A stretch of DNA of 59,803 bases, the filler included, from Basidiobolus ranarum (taxonomy: Eukaryota), in the NCBI GenBank assembly GCA_040143965.1. It is 3 parts of 3 records of this genome, joined end to end, with 100 filler letters (N's around TTAATTAATTAA, not from the genome) between each part and the next. Parts side by side here need not be neighbours in the genome. Positions count along the whole stretch, not along the records: positions 39,961 to 59,803 come from JASJQH010000241.1; 2 more parts are not named here. One strand, written 5' to 3'. The notes below the pieces were generated by a model, which had not been told where the DNA came from, did not search any database, and saw only the letters and a program-made list of their open reading frames with translations. Numbering within the stretch: position 1 is the stretch's first letter; each line of letters begins with the position of its first letter. The translations under genes were made by a program, and so were the position numbers. Below are positions 49,689 to 59,803 of the stretch, in pieces.

Positions 49689-49761
49689 TGAGGTGGATAT
49701 AGTTGAGGTGGATAGTTGAGGTGGATATAGTTGAGGTGGATAGTTGAGGTGGATATAGTTG
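49689..49761. repeat. Minisatellite with alternating 15- and 13-bp units
   Basis: TGAGGTGGATATAGT and TGAGGTGGATAGT alternate for five units. Confidence 0.92.
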
Positions 49762-50324
49762 CTTCTTGGTTAAGAATCGCAACTCCGATGCCGGTCAGAT
49801 CTGTCAAAATTTAATCTTTGCAAGATCCACGAGAGAATGCTACCTCTGCCAGAAATCGAGATGCTAGCCTAATCCCCATATCGGAGATTGTAAAAAGGAT
49901 GTAGTGAAGATGGACATCGCATGTATTTTGATCCTCGCAATTCTTCAGATTATTATTAATGACCACTTTTACAGCGGATTTGATCAGCCAAGATGGTTCC
50001 TTCTAGAAATGGCTCTTTGATGACTCACTGTCTCTTTCTGCTCCATACAACTGCTTACTAAACATCTCATAATATAGCCACCTAGCTACTAGAATTCATA
50101 TAAGCAAAGATGTGCATGGTAAAGTGTGAAACCTACATCATTTGTGACTCCATCTAACCTAGTCGGAATATCGTATAGTAGCAGTGCCAGATACCACTTT
50201 CTGACTTTTACAGCATAAATCTTTAACTAGAAGGTACTCATTTGTCTAATATATCGCACATCAACAAGCAACTAGCTAGTAACTGTTATCATTGTACAAT
50301 GCAATTAGAGGCTTAAAATAACAA

Positions 50325-50406
50325 TTTTTTTATTAAATATATACCATTACTTCTGCTACTCTAACTTTTTTTATTAAATATATACCATTGCTTCTGCTAC
50401 TCTAAC
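50325..50406. repeat. 41-bp tandem duplication
   Basis: TTTTTTTATTAAATATATACCATT(A/G)CTTCTGCTACTCTAAC occurs twice. Confidence 0.9.
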
Positions 50407-50799
50407 CTGACACTTCTTAACCTTCAACTATAGGCCAAAATACAATCCCAACCCCCTCTGTTATTTCTAGTTAGCAACCTCATATCTAGAGTTGAACAGG
50501 AAGTGATTATTTCTCATAAAACCCAAAAAATAGAGGATTTCGGTAAAAAGAGATATTTTAAACAATCGTCTGCGAAAAGATCAGGAAAGAAGTATTCATG
50601 GATCTCATTGGTATTCATTGACACACAAGCAGTCTTGAGATTGTAAATTGGAAGTCCAAGCCTCGATAGAATTTACTAGTACTTGCTGATTAATCACTGT
50701 GCACGTCATCTTATTTGCACCTTACCTCATATAGCGCCATCAGAATCAAAGGTATAAAAAAGGATGAATGTGTGGATTCTCCTCAATCCAAACTTCAAC

Positions 50800-51588
50800 A
50801 TGAATTCAAATCTTAAGGGTTTAACTGCAGTGATCTCAGGTGCTAGTGCTGGTATTGGACAAAATATTGCCGTGGCTTTGTCGAGAGAAGGGTAAGTGGT
50901 TTTCTTCCAGAAAGTACAGGACCTCTGTCTAATCTATAAATAATGTAGATGCCGTGTTGCCTTATTAGCTCGTCGCGAAAACTTACTTCAAGATATTAAG
51001 AAAGAGTGCAGCGATGCTGGTGCAGAGGAAGTAATTGCAATTCGATGTGATGTCAGCTCTGACGAGGAAGTGCACGCTGCAGTGGCACAAGTGAAGTCCA
51101 AGTTTGGCCAAGTTAACATTCTTGTGAATAATGCTGGGGTTGGCGGTGGAGGCAACATGCTGACATCCAAATGGGAAGACATAGATCGAGCTCTCATGAT
51201 TAATCTAAGAGGTTTGATGCTTGTGACCCACTCTTTCCTTCCATTGATGAAGGACACAGGTCGTGGTCATATCATTAATATAGGATCCGTAGCTGGTAAA
51301 CAGACTATGGGAGGTGCTAGTGATTACTGTGCCTCAAAGCATGGCGTTGTGGGATTCAGTAAATCTTTGTTCGAGGATGTCCGTGAATTGAACATCAAAG
51401 TTAACGTCGTCAACCCAGGATACATTCGCACACCCATGACAGAAAGTACGAAGAACGTCGATCCTGAGAAATTTATCCAACCTGACGATATAGCTGAAAC
51501 CATTTTGTTCTTATGCAAATTCCCAAAGACTGGATGTCCAGTTGAACTCGAAATTAGACCTCAATTCAGTCCCTATGTAAAATCATAA
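50800..51588 (+). CDS. Classical short-chain dehydrogenase/reductase (copy 1); 2 exons
   Basis: SGASAGIG Rossmann motif, ARR (NADP-type), NNAG and catalytic YCASK. Intron 50892-50948. Confidence 0.92.
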
Positions 51589-51895
51589 ATCTAAGTGTAA
51601 ATGTGAAATACCTCATTAAAAGAAAGATTAACTAAGTAAAGCGTGGTTAGTAACATTGTATCAAACTGTGTAAATGAGTATTTCCTCTATTGGAAACCTC
51701 CTGCCGAGTAACCTTAGGAAGGTAACTACATTTGCCTACTGTGGAATTCATTGAGGTACCGAATCTCAATTAGTCAACAGATCATCATGCACGTCATATT
51801 GGCTTCAATATATCTCATCTAACACCTTGTCATCATGATATAAATATAAGGCCGAGATGTGATAGTTCTTCTCATCACTCCACTCTATATTAAAC

Positions 51896-52684
51896 ATGAA
51901 TTCGAGTCTCAAAGGTTTGACTGCAGTGATCACTGGTGCTAGTGCTGGTATCGGGCAAAGCATTGCCGTAGCTCTATCGAGAGAAGGGTAAGTGGTTTTC
52001 TTCCAGAAAGTACAGGATTCCTGTTTAATCCGTATATGGTGCAGATGCCGTGTTGCCTTACTAGCTCGTCGCGAAGACTTACTTCAAGATATTAAGAAAG
52101 AGTGCAGCGATGCTGGTGCGGAGGAGGTACTTGCCATCCGATGCGATGTCAGCTCTGACGAGGAAGTACACGCTGCAGTGGCAGAGGTGAACACCAAGTT
52201 TGGCCAAGTTAACATCCTTGTGAATAATGCTGGGGTTGGCGGTGGAGGTAACATACTGACATCCAATTGGGAAGATATAGATAGAATCATCATGGTTAAT
52301 CTAAGAGGTTTGATGCTTGTGACCCACTCTTTCCTTCCATTGATGAAGGACACAGGTCGTGGTCATATCATTAATATTGGATCCATAGCCGGCAAATTAC
52401 CGATGGGTCTTACCACTAGTTATTGTGCCTCAAAGCATGGCGTTATTGGATTCAGCAAATCTTTGTTCGAGGATGTCCGTGAATTGAACATCAAAGTTAA
52501 CGTCGTCAATCCCGGATACGTTCGCACCTCCATGGCCGATATTGTTCCGAACACCTCACCAGAGAAATTTATTCAGACTTCAGATATCGCTGAAACCATC
52601 TTATTTTTATGTAAATTTCCAACAACCGGCTGTCCGGTTGAAATAGACATCAGGCCTCAATTCAGCCCATATGTACAGTCTTAA
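51896..52684 (+). CDS. Classical short-chain dehydrogenase/reductase (copy 2, tandem paralog); 2 exons
   Basis: TGASAGIG, NNAG and YCASK; same intron position as copy 1. Confidence 0.92.
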
Positions 52685-52831
52685 CATACCCACAATCTTG
52701 CCACTAATCCAACTGAATAAATTCTACATATTGATGCACACATGTCGTGTTGGTATATTCACCGATAATGTACAAGTTCTGATTTGTCTAATGTTTATTG
52801 CGAAACTATTATTAATCAACACACATGATCA

Positions 52832-55007
52832 CTAACGATACCACATTTTCCACTTCTCTAAGGCACTCTCATCTTTGAACTCAGGTTTGAAATGGATCTC
52901 TTTGATTTCAACGAATCCTTCATCCACCTGTGGCTCTTGTAGTCGTGAGGTAAAGGTCTTGAAAGCAAGATCGGGAAGAACAGGCCGTGGCTATATCATT
53001 CAAAGAAAAGAACTTTGTAAGGGGCGGACTTGGCTAAAAAATCACTTAGAAATAGTATTACCTCGCCAACTCCACTGAGTGCTCGGAACATATTGTTATG
53101 CATAGCCAAAGCTTCGTTTGCCAAGAAACGGAAGCAACGTATTGGCACATTGTGTTGTTTAGCGATTTTGATGTAATGAGCTCTAGTTGCTTGATCGGGA
53201 TTGGTATTATCTGTGAAGATTGGAATGTTAAAGTTGTTCTTGACTGGACACTAAAATCCTCTACATACCGATGACCACCGAGCTTTTATTAGCAACAGCC
53301 TTTTCACAAGCATTGATACACTTATCCCTGGTATGCAGGGTATCCTTAAGATTGATAGAATGTCAGATGTCTACAACTGTAGAGACGTGTTGAGCATGAA
53401 GTACCTGGTTGATGTGAACATAGCCTTCAGAGACAAAATATTGCTTAGCAAAAGTGGTTTTACCACTGGCAGGGTGTCCAACAAAAATTACGATCTCTTG
53501 TTTATCTTTATCTTGCGGTACTAATGGACTGGTTGTAGGTGTAAACAAAGGGACTAATCAAATCGTTAGCAATCAGCAGTTCAAAGTTTCCAACAAATCC
53601 TTCTAACTTACGATCATTAGGATATACTTTAGGGTCGAACTCTCCGAAAGAAAATGGAGCTGCTGCTTCTCCGAGGAAGTATTCCTCAGGTGTATAAAAT
53701 TTAAGGTTAAGGTTGGCTGCGAATTTCCTAGATTAAAGAGAGGATCTTAGTGGATGTTGAAAAAAATGGACCCATTTCAAATATGATCTTTTACCTATCT
53801 GAATCAGAAAAATCTTTTTTAACTCCCTGCTTCCAGCCAGCAGGTCTTCCAGCTGCATCTCCAACATAAAGACTGGATTCAACATCTATGCAAGACAAAG
53901 CGATTGGTAAAATTGGGATGTTTTAGAGGCAAGAAAATGGCCATACCAATTTCAATATTATCGTTAGCTTCTTTTACTAGATGTTCCCACATTCCTCCAC
54001 ATGGCTTTCGATAATGATCGTAAGCTGTAGAGACAAATATTTGGATTGGCACTTCAAGCTTAAAATAAATAAAAATTAATATATATCACTGGCTTATCAT
54101 AATAGTGTGTAGTAAAGCATATTCCTCTACGAGATAAACAAGAAGAGATACGTTACATTTCTAACTATATTTTGAACTTTAGTCATGAACATTGCTCTTT
54201 TCGGGCTAATCTTGCCGTTTCTCGGTTTCAATCCTCCTTGATTTGAAAAGAGTACAATTTTGTATCTACGACGGATAGAAAGAAGGTTAGTATGAATAAT
54301 CAAGAATTTTCCTAGCTCAAAAGTCAGGTTACAGATAGAGTGACCTTTTTCTAAAGTCAACTAAAGGAACGTATGAATTTTACCCATTCTGATATAGCTC
54401 CTCCAATTTATCTGGGATGACTTCAAACAGAAACCGCCAGTCGTCCGCATTCTTGGCGTGAACATGTTTACCTTTTACTGTTATGATAGTTCCATCCTAA
54501 GTCAATTATAAAAATGTTAACGTCAAGACCATATATAATACAAGCAGTAGAGCATATATATATAGTGAAGCGGTAGAAGAAATATTCACCAAATCAAACG
54601 CAGCAATTTTAGCTCTCCCAGATGTATGGTCGGTTTCACCGATAAGAAGAGAATTATGTTCTTTCCAAGTTACAGGTTCGGTTGATGTATTATCGGTAGC
54701 TTGCTTCTTGGAGAAGAATGGGTGTACTTTTTTTTCAGCTAAAATATTAAGCGGTCAATGAAGATACTTTTGATTTATCCATAGCTTATTTTCTTGGCAA
54801 TAAAACCCTTACGAAGATTGCCATCAGCGGTATCCACATTCTCTTCTCTGGTTTTTCTTTTAGTTGATTGCTCTATTACATAAGTATGACATAATTTCGT
54901 GCACCGTATTAGAGTTTAATGATATGAATAAAAGACTGTGCTAAGTCCCACTACTAAGTATATCTCATATACGAAGACCTACCACTTCTTTTTGGCTCCG
55001 TACTCAT
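52832..55007 (-). CDS. PNKP: Polynucleotide kinase 3'-phosphatase; multi-exon
   Basis: HAD motif [33 protein letters not shown] and kinase P-loop GHPASGKTT. The start codon is tentative. Confidence 0.9.
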
Positions 55008-55137
55008 GCTTATTCAAAGTATTTACTATTAAACTATATGATAAGCTTTATTAACGACGAGTGAGTTCGCTATCTAAAGAGATAATTGTAGTGTAGAAAA
55101 AGGGATCAAGAAAGTTCAGTTTAAACACACCAAATAA

Positions 55138-55147
55138 ATGACGTCAT
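55138..55147. promoter_or_regulatory. Palindromic CRE/ATF site upstream of PNKP
   Basis: ATGACGTCAT lies about 130 bp before the putative ATG. Confidence 0.4.
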
Positions 55148-55785
55148 AGATTTCGATTATACCCACATACAATTGGAATAGGCCAGACATGATTCTCCTT
55201 GACTTCAAGTAAATGGAAAGGATAGTAGTTATTAAGTAACGACTAGAGATATGTTTGGATTAAATACTGAATCCAATCCATTTATTAAATGCTCATTGTA
55301 GTCATCCATCAGAGTTGATAACAGAGAATGATTTACCAATGGAGACTTGATGAAGAATAATCGCCAATCACCTCGCTTCACTCATGCACTCATAAACCAT
55401 GTGACCAATCAGGCTTGTTGATAAATCCAAATTGGCAAATTCTATAATTAACCAATGTTATTGTTTACTTTTGCCTGTAGAGAGTGAATTACTGGACGTA
55501 TGGATTTATTGCAAATCTGTCGAGATGGCTTAAATCATCTCATTTGAGGTGTTTCGTTTGGCACAGTGGCAGTGGTCAAGATACAACACTACTCAACATT
55601 AAACTGTGGAATAAAAGACAGAGAGAATATAGAAAGTGACGAAAGATAGCTAATCGTAAAAATCTACATGAAGGAATAAACAAAAAGCAAGTATTTTCAA
55701 GGAGATGGAGTAAGCTATATATACAAAGTAAGACCAACATCAATCCACTGTTCGATTGATTACAGAAATATTGCATGAAACCAAG

Positions 55786-57075
55786 TCATGAGTGCTTGAT
55801 TGGCACATAATAAGTAAGTACTCCATATTGATCTTGGTTGGGGTTGTTCCCACCAACGTAGACGTACAGTACTAGTGCATGACCTTCGATAATGCCTGTA
55901 ACTCGGTTAATAACACTCCCTCACTCAAGAGAATACAATGACAACTTACAACACACTACATTACTAGGCGAGACATGGTAACTATGGAGAAACTTGATGA
56001 AATTTTTGATATCAATTCTTGCATGTGCAAAATCTTCGGGGTCTCTATTTAAGCTAGGCTGTCTCGACGCATCCACCTGAGAAAGATCTGTTAAAACATA
56101 AATTTAGTCACTTTGTAGACATATAGTTTTGCCAGTAGAAGATATACTTTACCCAATTCAGGGTTGATTAAGCTTTTGTAAAAGGTTTCCACCTGAACAG
56201 CTTCCGATTCTACTTTCAGAGTAAACTCTCCATTCATATTGGCAGACACTATAACATGATCACTAATATTTCTCATGCGCTCAACTATTGTACGAACACT
56301 AAGTAAAGGAGGCATCATAATATGAACTTGAGGCTCTGGTACTAAAGGTTCTTTGATTGTTTCCATCTGATTTGGTGTAAGTACTTTAATAGGGATATCT
56401 TGTGTTAATAAGACCTCTTTCCCTGTTCGACTCTATATTCAGTAAGGTTAACTCCGCTGTGTTTCAAAAAACTCAATTCTTTCACATAGTTACCTGGTTA
56501 GCTATAGTAAACGAGAGAGTTGGTAAACCGTCTCGTTTTGTCAATTTCATGTTCACGTCCAAGGATCCAATGCAAGATTTCAAAGCTCTTAATAAATACT
56601 CCAACTGTATCTCCAAATAAATCTCGTTTTCGTGTGCACTTTCAACCCGATAATCGACGAACATAGAAGACTAGAATGAATTCCAAAGTTTTAAATAAAA
56701 AAAGCATTCCCCAGTTTAAAAGTAAAAGAAAGGAAAACTCATACCGAGTTGATTTGTCTAAAAATAAATACAAGTCAAAAAGAATGTTTCTAGTTAGGAT
56801 TAACAGGAACTAGAAATCTCGTTGAAGATTTTCAGAAAAAATAAACCTACGACCAAACTTGAACTCCTCCTCCTTCTAGATCCGTAATTACAATGAAATG
56901 GAGCTTTTCAGGTATGAATTTCAATAAACAAACTTTGCTCAATTTTTCTACTGCTTGAGCAACCTCTGTCTCAAAGTAAAGTCTTCAGTGAGTGATTCAT
57001 TCCAAATAAGATGTGTTTGAAAGTATATTTACTCAAGAATACTGAAGGATTGACCACTCTAGTTCTCATGCGCAT
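55786..57075 (-). CDS. HUS1: 9-1-1 checkpoint clamp subunit Hus1; multi-exon
   Basis: MRMRT.., QVW, DYRVESAHENEIYLE...LLRALKS, TQDIPIKVL and VERMRNISDHVIVSANMNGEFTL. Confidence 0.88.
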
Positions 57076-58559
57076 AACTGAGTATATACTTCGTAGGTCG
57101 GAAGAATTCAATATTGTATTAAACAACTCCAATGCATGATTTTATGTCTGTGCTAAGAATTCGCGATAAATGCAATGAAATACTGCGGCCTCATTATTAT
57201 GATTAAATTATTGATGTAAATCTCACCTAACCCCAATGCAATCTTTTGCGAAAAATGACAACTTTGTCTTAAAATCTCACTTAACTTATACCAAGATTTT
57301 AAAGTGGAACGAAAGACGATCCCGAGCGATGTTTTAAAGCAGCAATATCCAATGATCCCAATCATACTCTATTCCAAGCAACTCGATGACCTTTATACAT
57401 GCATGGTCGATACAAGCTTTTATGCGTGAATCCCAAGTTCAATATTTCACTACCGCAATGCCCGAAGAAGTATTGACTCTGAGCTAAAGTAGTGATTACC
57501 CTAACCCTAAGAAGATCGTCGCATTGATGCCCCAAGAAACATAACGATCAACAATACTAGTTTATGCCTAAACACCCTTAAGAAATGCCTAAGCATAAAT
57601 TCTGAACTCTCCTTTACGTACCTGTTGCTGTATGTACGTCACCGAACTGAACCAGAACAACGTTCATTACAATAAGACAACTATATAGTACGAAAGCCTA
57701 ATTGTAAATCAGCCACCAGAGTCACCTGTTGGCGACGTTATCCAAGTGATCTCAATCAAATACAGTCGATCAAGCGATTAATCTGTTCCTTGGAACACAG
57801 GATAAACATGTATCCCTACCCACCCTTACCAATCCTAGCCTATCCTTAACCTCAATCATGTTGACAACGGAGAATGATTGAACTGGAGTGGTAGTACACA
57901 CATGTCAAAATTCCAAAACGAGAACCTACTGTCTCACCTCACATCGGTTAAACTCGTCAGTAGGAATTTAGTCCAGAATCCGAACTCCAGTGTGAAATGG
58001 CAACATGTGAGAGTTTAAAGATATTGTATAACTGTGTGATTTGATCCGTATATATACATGACTTTTGGAGTAACCGGAACAAGCGAGCTGAGAGCCACGG
58101 TAAAATTATGAGGGGCCCCAAGAAGAATACTCACACTGGCAGCGATGAGAACGAAATGTGGGAATATTGGATGGGGCTTGTCAGTCCAGATGGTGGATTT
58201 GGGGAACAGGGGAATGGGGTGAATTAAGGACTGTCAGTCAGGCTAAATTAATTCATTGAGGATCGTGAAATCTTTTAGGAGGTAGCGTGGTGACATCCAA
58301 TCAGCACCACCAATTCCATATTCTCGATCCTTACGTATCAGCATTATGAATGAGTGCAATGATCAGAACGCGAGCATTAAAGATCACCGGCCAAGATTTC
58401 TAGCTCCTTGAGAAGACATACGTCCGATCTTCGAGTAATACCTAACCCTCGCTCTCCCATTTTGTCAACGGTGTTGACCCAATGCGATCTTAACCATTCA
58501 TTGTGGTCAAGGGTTGTGGATTCAAGGTCAGTATCAGATGACAGCATATATGTCAATTT

Positions 58560-58646
58560 AAATATGCTATTCAATGTCTGTCATTTACTTGCTCAATTAA
58601 AATATGCTATTCAATATCTGTCATTTACTTGCTCAATTAAAATATG
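58560..58646. repeat. 40-bp tandem duplication in the SDH1 promoter
   Basis: AAATATGCTATTCAAT(G/A)TCTGTCATTTACTTGCTCAATTA occurs twice. Confidence 0.88.
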
Positions 58647-58851
58647 TGATCCCGGATCCGTGCCATTTATACATGACACGACAGGTATGTTTCGTTCTAC
58701 CCCGGATCTATCCGATTTTTGGTTTTTGAAGTATACTTTTAAGCCATTACTGGCCTTCTGGTTGGATGGTGATTTTCTCCTGGTTCCTACTTATTGGCAT
58801 TTACCTTGTAACTTTTCCTCTTAACATTTTACCTAAAGACGAACTTCCAAG

Positions 58852-59803
58852 ATGTTAAGATACCTTTCACAACACTCCAGGAATTTGGTAAGTTTTGCCT
58901 CGTATTTGACTTGGAAGTATTCTCAGGAAGGTACCAACTAACTCGCTTCGGCCACCCCAGGTTAAGCCTTCCATTTCCCGTTCTTTTCATACCAGCAAGC
59001 CAGCTTTCCAAGTTATTGCTACCAACCCTTTAAAGGCCAAGCAAGCTGAGGTATGAATATTTTGTTTATTGATTTTGACTCTGTACTTTTCCTTATAGCC
59101 CATTTTCCTATAGGGTCCCATTACCAGCAAGTATCAAATTATCGACCACGAATTCGATGCTGTTGTTGTTGGCGCTGGTGGTGCTGGTTTAAGCGCTGCT
59201 TTTGGTCTCGCCGAAGCTGGTTTAAACACCGCTTGTATCAGTAAACTTTTCCCTACCAGATCTCATACTGTTGCCGCTCAAGGTGGTATTAATGCTGCCT
59301 TAGGTAACATGACCGAAGATGACTGGAGATGGCATATGTATGATACCGTCAAAGGAAGTGATTGGTTAGGTGATCAAGATGCCATTCACTATATGTGCCG
59401 TGAAGCTCCCAAAACTGTAATTGAACTTGAGCATTATGGTGTTCCCTTCTCCAGAACTGAGGAAGGCAAAATCTATCAACGCGCTTTTGGTGGTCAAAGT
59501 TTGAAGTATGGTAAGGGTGGCCAGGCCTATCGTTGTGCCGCTGTAGCCGACAGAACCGGTCACTCTATTCTTCATACTCTTTATGGTCAATCTCTTCGTC
59601 ATAACACCAACTTCTTCATTGAATACTTTGCCCTTGATTTGATCATGGAGGATGGTGAATGCCGTGGTGTTATGGCTCTTAACATGGAGGATGGTACTAT
59701 CCATCGTTTCCGCTCCCCCAAGCCTGTCCTTGCTACCGGTGGTTATGGACGGGCCTACTTCTCTTGTACCTCTGCTCACACCGGTACTGGTGATTGTAAT
59801 GCT
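58852..59803 (+). CDS. SDH1: Succinate dehydrogenase flavoprotein subunit, 5' part (runs off the window)
   Basis: Mitochondrial presequence MLRYLS..., then [24 protein letters not shown] (FAD-attachment His), DWLGDQDAI and QRAFGGQS. Confidence 0.96.

Noticed and set aside
49689-49761. Regular repeats that could be mistaken for a CRISPR array
   Set aside because: No unique spacers, no cas genes and a eukaryotic context; it is a minisatellite.
52832-57075. Adjacent DNA-repair genes PNKP and HUS1 as a functional cluster
   Set aside because: Only two genes in tandem orientation with no shared promoter; adjacency alone is weak evidence.

Overview
Eukaryotic, intron-rich fungal DNA. Introns are short GT-AG (mostly 50-95 nt). 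Gene content and style suggest an early-diverging lineage resembling Basidiobolus/Zoopagomycota (inference only). The window is three contigs of about 19.9 kb joined by artificial N-TTAATTAATTAA-N spacers (19887-19986, 39861-39960), so linkage across the spacers cannot be assumed. Contig 1: 5' part of a fatty acid synthase (FAS1/beta-type), copia-type solo LTRs and relics, a stomatin, two tandem bacterial-type CAP genes, proteasome beta-2 and a secreted Kelch protein. Contig 2: STM1-like, Rho3, RPS16, a 7TM receptor, a BAR-PH-PH-C2-RasGAP, RPL32, a Ste7-like MAP2K, an unknown multi-exon gene, carboxypeptidase Y and the 3' end of RPS3. Contig 3: a broken Gly-rich secreted-peptide gene, a CAP-LysM-LysM fusion, an 8-intron membrane-bound NRPS-like gene, two tandem SDRs, PNKP, HUS1 and the 5' part of SDH1. 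The strongest candidate for something new is the NRPS-like gene, which belongs to the Pls/PosA (epsilon-poly-L-lysine synthetase) family and has a Lys-type adenylation code. Other leads are the CAP-LysM fusion, a shared E-box plus TCT-like promoter module on ribosomal protein genes, the BAR-PH-RasGAP architecture, and a TSD-flanked solo-LTR family.
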